Below, in pieces: positions 37,584 through 47,088 of a DNA stretch of 64,000 bases (its first letter is position 1; each line of letters opens with the position of its first letter). The translations under genes and the position numbers were made by a program. Origin of the DNA: Candidatus Gottesmanbacteria bacterium (GTDB lineage: Bacteria > Patescibacteriota > Microgenomatia > 2-02-FULL-39-11); assembly GCA_016186795.1 (NCBI GenBank), contig JACPKY010000002.1:350748-414747 (forward strand), given 5' to 3'. The notes below the pieces were generated by a model. That model was given only the letters and a program-made list of their open reading frames with translations, did not search any database and was not told where the DNA came from.

Positions 37584-38841
37584 GATATGCAGTAAAAAAA
37601 AGTGTTATGCCGTAAGCAATAATAAGTGAATATGCTGTACCCATCCTTCCAAATCGTGGAATAAAAAACAGATTACCAATAATAACGACAAACAATTGAA
37701 TAATGCTGTTTACTGACAATATATGAGGTTTGCGAAGATAATAAATTGCAAGACTTACAACTGGAATAGAGGCAACAAAAAAAATCATAGCGAGTAAAAG
37801 AAGTTGAAATACAGAAACTGCACTTTCCGCTTTTTGCCCAAAGAGAACGGTAATAAATGGGTGTGCAAAAAGAATAAGAACTAAAATTGTAGTGACAATT
37901 CCACCAGTGCCGATGGTTACTTTTATCATGAAGTCTTTTAATCTCTTTCTATCAGTTGTGGCAGTAAGTTTTGGAGCAATAACAGTTGAAAAACTTCCAG
38001 AAAGGAGTGGGTATATAGACACAACGCGAGAAGCAGTCGAGTAAATCCCTGCTTCAGTTGGATTTGTCAATGCAATAAGCATAAGTACATCTAACCTACT
38101 TGCCAAAGCCGTAAGTCCCCTTGCAACTCCAAGAAATGATGTAAATGAAATAAGATTTTTCAAATCAGAGATTGAGAAACGCGCTTTAAGAAATTTCACT
38201 CCAACAAATTTTATTGCTAATATTAGTAGAAGAATAACCATTACGGTATGAGCCCATAGGGCGTTATCAACGTTAAGAGTAGAAAATCCTAAAACCAGAA
38301 GGAGAAGAGCAAATCGGCTAGCTCCTCCAAAAGAAGAAAGAATCGAGACTTTAAAAAACATTTGCCGTGCTGAAAGAACATACTGCAAAAAATTAGCCAA
38401 AATCGTGCAAAAAATTCCTAGAGAGGTAATTTGGACAAGATAGGTAAGGTCTCTTGTATGAAAAAAAATTATAGAGAGAAAAGAAGATAAGAAAAATATT
38501 AATATACTTACGGTTCCTGCAACTCCCGCCTGAAGAAAAAAAGATGTTTTTAAAAATACCAGCAATTTCTGACGATCAGCCTCAAGCTTTGGAATAAATG
38601 CGGAAAGAGAGCTTCCGATACCTATATCAGTAAGATCAGATACTAAAAGAAGAAAAGATAAAAGTGCAGAAAAATATCCAAAATCTGCAAAACTTAAACC
38701 GCGAACAAGAACAACGGTAAACAGAAAAGCAAAAAAAGCAGAAATAATGTTTCCAGCAAAAACCATATATGTGTTTCGTGCTGTTGTTGAGAAAGCAAGA
38801 ATCCACGCTTTTCTTGTTATATGGGATATATATTTCTTCAT
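37543..38841 (-). CDS. wzx: Wzx-type oligosaccharide flippase (MOP/PST family)
   Basis: 432 aa, about 12-14 TM helices. N-terminal region typical of polysaccharide biosynthesis (PST) transporters. Confidence 0.65.
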   Translation of the reverse strand: MKKYISHITRKAWILAFSTTARNTYMVFAGNIISAFFAFLFTVVLVRGLSFADFGYFSALLSFLLLVSDLTDIGIGSSLSAFIPKLEADRQKLLVFLKTSFFLQAGVAGTVSILIFFLSSFLSIIFFHTRDLTYLVQITSLGIFCTILANFLQYVLSARQMFFKVSILSSFGGASRFALLLLVLGFSTLNVDNALWAHTVMVILLLILAIKFVGVKFLKARFSISDLKNLISFTSFLGVARGLTALASRLDVLMLIALTNPTEAGIYSTASRVVSIYPLLSGSFSTVIAPKLTATTDRKRLKDFMIKVTIGTGGIVTTILVLILFAHPFITVLFGQKAESAVSVFQLLLLAMIFFVASIPVVSLAIYYLRKPHILSVNSIIQLFVVIIGNLFFIPRFGRMGTAYSLIIAYGITLFFTAYLVFIYLRKKHESE

Positions 38842-39968
38842 GCGTATTTTCGGATTATAGCAGCTATTACTTCTATTTCCTCGTTTCTCAAAAATACTGA
38901 AGATGGAAGACTTACTCCATGACGAGAGAGATAATTTGAGACTGGAAATTCACCTTTCATTCTATAAGGTGGAAGTATGTGAAGAGGATAAAAAAACGGG
39001 CGAGTTTCAATATTTTCTTTACCGAGATTCTTCATAAGCTTATCGGAAGTCAGAGAATATGGTTTACGAACAAGGATAGAGTACATCCAATAAACACTTC
39101 TTTCACCCGCTTTTCTTGGATGGGGTATGATCCCCGGAATATCTTTTAATTTCATGGTATATTTTTGAGCAATCAAAACTCTTTTTTGCAAAAACTGATC
39201 AATTCTTTCAAGTTGAGCACATCCAAGAGCAGCTTGGATATTCGTCATACGATAATTAAATCCAACAACTGAATGATAATACTGTCTCTTTAAGTCCTGT
39301 CCATGGTTCCGAAGCATTCTCATCTTCTCCACTAAGCTAGAATTATTTGTCGTTATCATTCCTCCCTCACCGGTAGTTATTATTTTATTTCCATAAAAAC
39401 TAAAACACCCGACATCGCCAATCGATCCTACTTTTTTCCAATTTGTCTTATTTTTATTCTTTAAACTGACCTCGGCTCCGTGTGCTTCTGCTGCATCCTC
39501 AATAATTTTTAAATTGAATTTTTGTGCAATCGGTATAATACTTTCCATATCTGCTGGTCTCCCGTATAAATGGACAACGATTATTGCTTTCGTATGCTTT
39601 GTCACTTTCTTCTCCAGCATTTGTGGAGAAATTCCCCATGACGAGTCGTCAACATCAATAAAAACCGGAGTGGCTCCAGTAAAAGTTACCGCATTTGCTG
39701 TTGCCACAAATGTTAAATCTGGAATGAGCACTTCATCTCCTTTTCCAATCCCCAATCCAACAAGTGATAAATGGAGGGCAACTGTTCCATTTGACACAGC
39801 TATTGCATACTTAGTGCCTATATATTTTGCAAATTGTTCTTCAAACTTGGTGATAAAATTCCCTTTGGAGGAAATCCACGATGAGGAAAGGCATGACTCT
39901 ACATACTTCGCCTCGTTTCCGTGTAAATCGGGGTGAGCAATTGGTATAAATGCTCTTTTCTGCTTCAT
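38838..39968 (-). CDS. DegT/DnrJ/EryC1/StrS-family PLP-dependent sugar aminotransferase
   Basis: DLHGNEAKYVxxCLSSSWISSKG...AIAVSNGTVALHL, and the catalytic-lysine region FSFYGNKIITTGEGG. Confidence 0.9.
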   Translation of the reverse strand: MKQKRAFIPIAHPDLHGNEAKYVESCLSSSWISSKGNFITKFEEQFAKYIGTKYAIAVSNGTVALHLSLVGLGIGKGDEVLIPDLTFVATANAVTFTGATPVFIDVDDSSWGISPQMLEKKVTKHTKAIIVVHLYGRPADMESIIPIAQKFNLKIIEDAAEAHGAEVSLKNKNKTNWKKVGSIGDVGCFSFYGNKIITTGEGGMITTNNSSLVEKMRMLRNHGQDLKRQYYHSVVGFNYRMTNIQAALGCAQLERIDQFLQKRVLIAQKYTMKLKDIPGIIPHPRKAGERSVYWMYSILVRKPYSLTSDKLMKNLGKENIETRPFFYPLHILPPYRMKGEFPVSNYLSRHGVSLPSSVFLRNEEIEVIAAIIRKYA

Positions 39969-41566
39969 GATTTGGGCTTGAGGATAAAGACGTGAATCGA
40001 TCGAAATCGCTCTCTTGATAGAACTGTATAGTTTGAGAGGAATTGATACTTACGTTCCTGCCACTTTGCAATATCTTCGTTTTTCCCTCGGGAATCTATC
40101 AGAGAAAGTAAAACAGTATACTGCGGAGATTCCTTTTTTAGAGATGACCTGTAAAGCCAAGCAAAATAACTATCCATGTATGAGCTGACTGGTGTTCCAA
40201 TTGTATATTCAGAAAGATACCTATACCCTCCAAATCGAGGACACTCTCCAACTGCTTCCAGCGAATAAGTACTGTCTCCTATATATGCACGAACGTATGA
40301 AAGTGCGGCAATTTTCTCTTGATACGAATAGCTGGAATAGGATGTGAAGAGAGTTATTGAGTTTTGCACAATAAAAATAGTAAGAAAAACGATACCTGCC
40401 ACTTTCCCTTCTTTTTTCTTCCATATACGATCGAGAAGATAGGCAAGAATAAGGGCAAAGTAAGGAAAGAAGTAAAGTAAATAGTACTCATAGAATCTCC
40501 GTGTAAACAAAAAAAGCACTATCCCTGTTATAAAAAGAATTCTGTATATATGAACGCAAAAAAGATACTCCAACCTTCCAAAAAGTTGTTGTCGTCTGTT
40601 TCTTCTCATTTGAAAAAAGAGAAAGAGAAATACTCCTAAAGACAGAAGAGAGATAGTCCATATCTCCGGTGGTGCAATTCTCTGTATCGCAGAAAGTTCT
40701 TTGCACTGACCAGTTTCAACAAACATATCACTTGATGCTGGCATCCACAAAAATCTTCCTAGTGAGGAGACAAAAATACCCAGACGGTCAGAAAGTGTAG
40801 AGATAGAGTTCCCTGGTGAGGTTTGAATAATTAGATGAACAAGTGCACGAGTATTCGTAAAATTATGGCGAAGATCAAAAAGAATAATGGAAAGTTGTAG
40901 GGCCAAAAAAATTCCAATAGATAAAAGTGCTGCTTTTTGTGAAATATGTTTCCGCTTACTCCATAAGACAAGGAAAATTAACGGAGCAAATACAACAAAC
41001 GAAAGATGGCTTTGAATACCAAGTCCAAATACTAACGCCAGAAGTAGTAGATACTTATAAGTATTGGTAGAAAATTTTACAAGGATATACCCCATAAGCA
41101 CTGACAAAAGGGGTATTGGAGTAGGATTCCAAAAGTTCCTATCATAATAAGAAGCTAAAAAGGAACAACCATAAAGGAGTGCTCCTATGAAACCAACACG
41201 TTCGGAAAATAAAGATCGACCCACATGGAAAATAAGGTATGTCGTCAATACTCCAAGAATGGATGCGGTAATTCCCCACCCCACGGGATTTCCATCAAAA
41301 AGGGCGAAGGGAATAGCGGCAAAGTAAATAAACGCAGGCCCCAGATACAAACCTGTATCTGAAGCATTTACTCCAATAAGAGGAAAATGGCGAAATGAGA
41401 CAATATTCTTTACAATAAAAGCTTCATATTCTTGATCCATTCCAAAAAAGAGAAAACTTTGGAAGTTATAAAAACGAAATAAAAGACTTGCACCAAGAAG
41501 AAAAAGTAGCCAAAGTTTTTTCTTTTTTGTAAAAACCGTGGAAATTTTCTGAAATTCCTTAGACAT
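39965..41566 (-). CDS. Polytopic membrane protein, candidate GT-C-like glycosyltransferase
   Basis: 533 aa, more than 12 TM helices, an acidic first-loop segment (FFGMDQEYEAF) and a C-terminal soluble domain. Confidence 0.4.
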   Translation of the reverse strand: MSKEFQKISTVFTKKKKLWLLFLLGASLLFRFYNFQSFLFFGMDQEYEAFIVKNIVSFRHFPLIGVNASDTGLYLGPAFIYFAAIPFALFDGNPVGWGITASILGVLTTYLIFHVGRSLFSERVGFIGALLYGCSFLASYYDRNFWNPTPIPLLSVLMGYILVKFSTNTYKYLLLLALVFGLGIQSHLSFVVFAPLIFLVLWSKRKHISQKAALLSIGIFLALQLSIILFDLRHNFTNTRALVHLIIQTSPGNSISTLSDRLGIFVSSLGRFLWMPASSDMFVETGQCKELSAIQRIAPPEIWTISLLSLGVFLFLFFQMRRNRRQQLFGRLEYLFCVHIYRILFITGIVLFLFTRRFYEYYLLYFFPYFALILAYLLDRIWKKKEGKVAGIVFLTIFIVQNSITLFTSYSSYSYQEKIAALSYVRAYIGDSTYSLEAVGECPRFGGYRYLSEYTIGTPVSSYMDSYFAWLYRSSLKKESPQYTVLLSLIDSRGKNEDIAKWQERKYQFLSNYTVLSRERFRSIHVFILKPKS

Positions 41567-41605
41567 TTATTTCATTATAGCAAGTTATAGAAAAAACCAC
41601 TTTTT

Positions 41606-43171
41606 TTATTTCCCTTTACCTCTGTCAGTTACATAGGTAAGCAAAAAGGTGACCAATGAAATTATTGTAACCAACCAAAGGAAAATCGAGTATACACCTT
41701 TAAAAAACCATGGCTTGTACTGACTTACTTGTGTAAGGAAAATGGAAAAGGAAGAGATATCATAATATGTTTTTGCGATGGTGTATAAAGCATAGATATT
41801 TAAACAAATCATCAAGAGAGATAAAATAAAAATACTCCACGTATGAAGAGTACTATTGAAAGAAAAAAGTTGTCGCCATCCTATAAGAAGTATAACCATA
41901 TAGATCGAAATCGTAGGAAATAGGTACCTTCCTTGCACTCCCAAAACGTATCCTCCGGTATACCAGGAAAACCAATCGTAGTAAAAAATACTTGCGATGT
42001 ATACAAAAGCAACTCCCGCAAGAAAAAGGAGTGATTGGACTCTTCGGGAATACCACATCTTTCTTTTTACAAAGATAAAAAATGCAGGAATTAGTCCAAC
42101 AACTGCCACAAAAACTATGCGATTTATAATTCTGTGAATAGAACGAGGGTATGTCACTCCTAACCAATCATAAATGCCCCAAAACCAAGGCATTACCTCT
42201 CTTACGCTATGAGGTAGAGAATACTCCCATGTAAATTTCAATAAACTTGAAATATTATTTGTCTTCATAAACTGATCAATAAGTCCTACTGATCCAAAAT
42301 TTTTCTTGTATAACAAGATAAAGACCGCACAGATGATAAATGGAAGTATTATGACTCTTTTTGAAAAATCTTTTCGTCGTAAATCTCGAACGGCTACAAA
42401 GAAAAATAGAAGTACAACGAGAGGAAGTGTAATAATAAACTGAGGTTTCGAAAGGACACAAAAAAGAGAAGAAATAGAAAGAAATAACGCTCTATTCAGA
42501 TTAATCCCTTTTAATACCATAAGTGTTCCCGCAATAAGAAAAACAATGAAAAGAAAATTTCCCAGCGCATCACTATTTACTCCAACATTGGCAAATATCA
42601 TCATCGGCTGGAATCCTACGAGGGCAGCAATAGCGATACTTTCTTGGGTTTTTTGAAAAATACGCTTTGCAAGAGAGTAGGTGATATATATGGTACCCAT
42701 AAAAAGGAATAAGGACCATATACGTGTTGTGACAACTCGAGTAAAAAGGTCAAAGTGGTAGAAAAATTTATAAAAAAAACTTGCTGGAATATAGTACAGA
42801 GGAGGGTACCGGGTGGATTCGCGATGAACCAACTGTTTTCTTGTGTCCTCTTTTGATAAAGCTGCTAGGCTTGCCTCATACATACCATAGAACGAATCGG
42901 TATATTCAATCCGATATTCAGGATGGTGAGTAAAACGATTCTTTCCCAAATTATCCCGAAACGTACCTAAGAGTATTTCTGACGTATAGACTTCTTGTGT
43001 AAGATCGTTTTCTTCATCAATTGGCATACGTCCATTTTCAGCAAAAAAAGCTACTTGTCCAAAATGTGCTTGTTCATCAGGAAAATGCCAGAGTGGCACC
43101 AGGGACACCCATACCAGTGCATTGAAAAATACTGCGAGGAAAAAACTTGTCATTATCCTTGGGCGAACCAT
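41606..43171 (-). CDS. Polytopic membrane protein, DUF2142-like (GT-C-like)
   Basis: N-terminal WHFPDEQAHFGQV motif (the PDExAH pattern remembered for DUF2142) right after TM1, then multiple TM helices. Confidence 0.45.
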   Translation of the reverse strand: MVRPRIMTSFFLAVFFNALVWVSLVPLWHFPDEQAHFGQVAFFAENGRMPIDEENDLTQEVYTSEILLGTFRDNLGKNRFTHHPEYRIEYTDSFYGMYEASLAALSKEDTRKQLVHRESTRYPPLYYIPASFFYKFFYHFDLFTRVVTTRIWSLFLFMGTIYITYSLAKRIFQKTQESIAIAALVGFQPMMIFANVGVNSDALGNFLFIVFLIAGTLMVLKGINLNRALFLSISSLFCVLSKPQFIITLPLVVLLFFFVAVRDLRRKDFSKRVIILPFIICAVFILLYKKNFGSVGLIDQFMKTNNISSLLKFTWEYSLPHSVREVMPWFWGIYDWLGVTYPRSIHRIINRIVFVAVVGLIPAFFIFVKRKMWYSRRVQSLLFLAGVAFVYIASIFYYDWFSWYTGGYVLGVQGRYLFPTISIYMVILLIGWRQLFSFNSTLHTWSIFILSLLMICLNIYALYTIAKTYYDISSFSIFLTQVSQYKPWFFKGVYSIFLWLVTIISLVTFLLTYVTDRGKGK

Positions 43172-43175
43172 AGCA

Positions 43176-44279
43176 TTACCTTTTTTTTGTTCCTATTATC
43201 GAAACACCATGATCTTGGAAATTTGCAGGCGCTTCGATACCAGGAATTGCATAAGCATCGAATTTTTCATCACGAAACCATTTGATAACCTCCTGATACG
43301 TATGATGCCAATCAAATTTTATTGCAAATTGATCATAGATAATTAACCGATGTTCTCTCATATTAAGATTAAGATAGAACGAATCACCTCTGTTTAGAAA
43401 ATTTCTGAAGTTATGAAATAAGCGCATGAGAAAAACCCAAACATAGGAAAATATATAGATACCTCCTGAACCAAAAGGAGTAAGAGCATACCGCAACATC
43501 CGATTTATGGTGTAAACAGTCCGATTATAGAGGCTTTTATTCTTAACATATAGCCAGATATAAAACTTCCCGCTTTTCCTTACAAGCGGAGTTAATTTAT
43601 TGAAGGATTTTTTAGTGGAAGAAGTATGGTGGAGTACACCGTTTGAGTAGATGATGTCAAATACATTTTTCCTAAACGGAGGGTTCTCAACACTACCTTG
43701 GATAAAATGGATCCGCTCTCTCCCTTTCATTTTCTTTTTTTTGCAGAAGGAAGCACAAGTATCGACACCAGAAGTAATATCCATAGCAACAACTTGTCCT
43801 TCCGTTTTTAGAAAAGCAATTGATGTTACGCCATTACCACATCCAGCATCAAGCACCCATTTTCCCTTAAGGTTAGAAGACCCAATATGAAAAATCCGTT
43901 TTAAATCTTTTACTATTTGCTCTCCTTTCACACCCCACACAGATAATCCTTCAATTTGATACGAATGAAGTTTACTCCAATGTCTCGAGAATGTTTCAAT
44001 ATTTACTGTCTCATATTCCTTTGTAGAAGGAAATGATAGGTTTTTGATAATCGTTTGAATCCGTTTTTGATATTTTTTTTCAAATTGAAGATTCCGATAT
44101 CCGATGAGGAGTCTTGGAATGCCATTGATGATCGGATAGTAGTACTTTCTGGCCTTGGGAATAAGAATTCCAGATATGACATCTTCCGATTTGCCTTGTC
44201 TTTTGGATTTGAATACATGAAGAATAAAAGGCTGATACGTTTTTGGATCAGAAATAATTGTGAGAAGAACTTTATACAT
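43176..44279 (-). CDS. Class I SAM-dependent methyltransferase with an N-terminal extension
   Basis: Motif I WVLDAGCGNGVTSIAF and the post-I motif. Confidence 0.65.
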   Translation of the reverse strand: MYKVLLTIISDPKTYQPFILHVFKSKRQGKSEDVISGILIPKARKYYYPIINGIPRLLIGYRNLQFEKKYQKRIQTIIKNLSFPSTKEYETVNIETFSRHWSKLHSYQIEGLSVWGVKGEQIVKDLKRIFHIGSSNLKGKWVLDAGCGNGVTSIAFLKTEGQVVAMDITSGVDTCASFCKKKKMKGRERIHFIQGSVENPPFRKNVFDIIYSNGVLHHTSSTKKSFNKLTPLVRKSGKFYIWLYVKNKSLYNRTVYTINRMLRYALTPFGSGGIYIFSYVWVFLMRLFHNFRNFLNRGDSFYLNLNMREHRLIIYDQFAIKFDWHHTYQEVIKWFRDEKFDAYAIPGIEAPANFQDHGVSIIGTKKR

Positions 44280-45235
44280 TATGTTCTCCCTCTATGTTTC
44301 ATAACAATTGGAATACCTAAAATTGAATAAAAAAATCCAGCAGAAAAAAAGAGGGGACCAACCCTTTCAACAATCCAACGCTGAATAAATGGATAGCGAA
44401 AGAGAGTGAGGGGGCAAAGGAGGAAAGAAATTATCGTGTAGAGGAGAACTTTTAAAATGAGGGTAACTTTTTTGGAGAAAGGTGTGGCAGTATTTCTCGC
44501 AAAGTATGATTGACCAGACGCAAATAAGCGCTTGAGTCGATAGTGAATAGTCATTTTATAGGGGTGGATAAGATGGTAGACAATTGCCCCTGGTGTATAG
44601 TAAAGGGAAGGTGGTCTCGGACCATTTTCCCACATTCTCTCAAATAATTTTGTTTCTTCTCCAACTGCAATGATGTCTCCTTTCATATCAATAGACTCAT
44701 CAAACCCTCCAAAAATGTGTATGGCGTCTTTTTTGAAAATCATGTTTGGGCCAGAAAATGCTTCACCGCCTTTTAAAAATCGTGGAGTATCTCCTTTGAT
44801 GTCAGCCTCATAGTTGTCATTAAACCAAGCAGGCTTTTTTGTCTGGTAGTAAGGCACAACTGGACCAGAAACAGCCTGGGGAGTCGGCTTCACATGGTCA
44901 AAGCAATACAAAGCATTTTTAAGCCAATTTTTGTCTGCCTTCGCATCATCATCAATAAAAGCAACATAGAGGCTTTTGAGTTTTTTCACAATTACATTTC
45001 TGGAATTGGCAAGTCCAACATTCGTTTTCTTTTTGTAGTATTTAATAACTGGTATCCTTACTTTTTTTTGTAGCTTACCTATTGTAACTTGTGTATCATC
45101 AGTAGAACCATCGTCAATAACAACTATTTCAAAGAGAGAGGGTGAGATTGTCTGATGCAAAAGACCCTGAATTGTTTGCATGAGAAGCTCGGATCTATTA
45201 TATGTACATACCACAACGGATAGAATTGGATTCAT
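44279..45235 (-). CDS. Glycosyltransferase family 2
   Basis: LSVVVCTYNRSELL...IVVIDDGSTDDT signature. Confidence 0.8.
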   Translation of the reverse strand: MNPILSVVVCTYNRSELLMQTIQGLLHQTISPSLFEIVVIDDGSTDDTQVTIGKLQKKVRIPVIKYYKKKTNVGLANSRNVIVKKLKSLYVAFIDDDAKADKNWLKNALYCFDHVKPTPQAVSGPVVPYYQTKKPAWFNDNYEADIKGDTPRFLKGGEAFSGPNMIFKKDAIHIFGGFDESIDMKGDIIAVGEETKLFERMWENGPRPPSLYYTPGAIVYHLIHPYKMTIHYRLKRLFASGQSYFARNTATPFSKKVTLILKVLLYTIISFLLCPLTLFRYPFIQRWIVERVGPLFFSAGFFYSILGIPIVMKHRGRT

Positions 45236-45238
45236 AAC

Positions 45239-46183
45239 TCATGGAACAAATGTTTTTATACCTCTTTTCAGTTTTCCTATTAATTGATTTTGCAAATTAT
45301 ATCCTTTCTGCAAACTGATCGTTCTCTTTTCTTTGGAAATGTTCCTATTTTCCCACTGGTGTATTTTTGTCGTCATGTAGGGAAAGAATTGATATTTTTC
45401 TAAAATAAGATTTCTTGCGTTTGCAACGTACTTCAAATTTTTTTTCCATATATCACTTTTTATGATCTTATTGAGTTTCTCAATACAGTCTTTGTCATTA
45501 ATATCTATGGAAACAAACGATTCTTTTGGGAAAAAATCAGTGATATTCGTACAACCAAAGTATATAGGCATAGTAAAAGCAAGATAAGCATCAGAAAGCT
45601 TTTCACTCCAATAATAGGGACCGCTATAGTTTTCTACAACAAGTGTATACCGGTAAGGGGCAAGTCCCTCCCATTTATCCGCAATCTCTTTAAACCCAAA
45701 CCCATATAAATCAAAATGTACCCTTCCTTTTATTTTTTCCAAGAATCTCATTCGATCTCTGTGTCCTTGGAAACTCATCTTTTTACTCGTTATAAAAGAA
45801 ACATTCCGAGTTTTTGAAGGCATCTTCATTTTTTTTAGCGCATCGTAATCCCGATCTATAAGCCAAGGAGTCGCTGGCTGACTCAAAATAAATTTCTCTC
45901 CGTGGAGCGATGTATCTTGGGTAAAAATTCTGTGATAATTCTTATCAAAAGAAAGAGCGTATTTGAAAAATTCATTCGGTGGTTCCTGAACTAAACACCA
46001 AACATTTTTAGGGTAGCTTCGGACTTTTACACTTTCCTTGGGATAATTTAAGACCAAAACATAGTCGTATTCTTCAATTGGATCAAGGGTAAACCTTACA
46101 TCATCCCAAATTCCCAGCGACTTTGGAGTTTGACGCAGGATATTGGGATCTTCCCAGTTTTTAATTATGCGTACATATTTCAT
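45239..46183 (-). CDS. Putative alpha-1,3/4-fucosyltransferase-like protein (GT10-like)
   Basis: C-terminal segment YRYTLVVENYSGPYYWSEKLSDAYLAFTMPIYFG resembles the GT10 motif (FYLAFENS...YVTEK...G.VPVV.G). Confidence 0.4.
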   Translation of the reverse strand: MKYVRIIKNWEDPNILRQTPKSLGIWDDVRFTLDPIEEYDYVLVLNYPKESVKVRSYPKNVWCLVQEPPNEFFKYALSFDKNYHRIFTQDTSLHGEKFILSQPATPWLIDRDYDALKKMKMPSKTRNVSFITSKKMSFQGHRDRMRFLEKIKGRVHFDLYGFGFKEIADKWEGLAPYRYTLVVENYSGPYYWSEKLSDAYLAFTMPIYFGCTNITDFFPKESFVSIDINDKDCIEKLNKIIKSDIWKKNLKYVANARNLILEKYQFFPYMTTKIHQWENRNISKEKRTISLQKGYNLQNQLIGKLKRGIKTFVP

Positions 46184-47088
46184 ACTTTTCGAAGAAAGAG
46201 CATAATACCACCTTGTGGATCGGGATTTCGAAGGGATTGTGGGATATTTCTATAAAAGCCGGGAATATTTTTCACAGCCTTTTTCCCTTCAACATCTTTT
46301 CTGGTAGCTCGTTTTCCAAGTAAACTATAGTTAGCTTTTACAATTTTGAATTTTTTTGTTATGAGAGACACTCTCCCCTGATCGTAAATACGATGAATAT
46401 TGTAGACAACCGTTGGATAGCCATAGGGTATAGTAACGATAGCATGCCCGTTTTTTTTAAGAATTCTGTGAATTTCATCCATTGTCTTTATATCACCGTT
46501 TGTATCCTGAGGGTCACCGTATCTACCAAGTCCTACATGTTCTAGTGTAGAAATTATAGTAACAATATCAACAGAATTTGAGGGAAGATTTGTATCCTGA
46601 CAATTACCGAAGATATATTCAATACCAAATCTTGATCTGAAAGGAAAATGAAGGACATCAATTGAGAGAAGCCTCTCATATGGAAGTTTTAAAAGGAAAG
46701 GTAAAATGGTAGACATACTTCCCCCTCCTCCCAAGTCAACAATTGTCTTTTTCTTTACAGTTCTATTTATCAAACAATCCGCTTGGAAGATATACTCGAA
46801 TTTGCGCAAATGGTCACCGGCATAGGCGTCCCTCAAATACTTTTTTACACCTTGGTACGTATGTTCCCCATATTTTTCCCTTATCTCATCTTGAAGCTTT
46901 TCTATAAACGTATCTCTTCTCCAAAGGACATATGAAGCAGCCACCTTTTTAACCAAAGGTGGTATATATTTTCCAATAGAGAGCTTGTCAGCAAACGACC
47001 GCTCATCAATAAGAAAATAAATCAGTTCTGCACGTTTTTTAGGACTAAATTTATATAAAAAATCTGTTGGCTTTATAGTCTTACCCAT
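46180..47088 (-). CDS. Putative SAM-dependent methyltransferase (class I, divergent)
   Basis: Gly-rich motif VDLGGGGS and post-I-like DIVTIISTLEHVG...LKKNGHAIVTIP. Confidence 0.4.
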   Translation of the reverse strand: MGKTIKPTDFLYKFSPKKRAELIYFLIDERSFADKLSIGKYIPPLVKKVAASYVLWRRDTFIEKLQDEIREKYGEHTYQGVKKYLRDAYAGDHLRKFEYIFQADCLINRTVKKKTIVDLGGGGSMSTILPFLLKLPYERLLSIDVLHFPFRSRFGIEYIFGNCQDTNLPSNSVDIVTIISTLEHVGLGRYGDPQDTNGDIKTMDEIHRILKKNGHAIVTIPYGYPTVVYNIHRIYDQGRVSLITKKFKIVKANYSLLGKRATRKDVEGKKAVKNIPGFYRNIPQSLRNPDPQGGIMLFLRKV

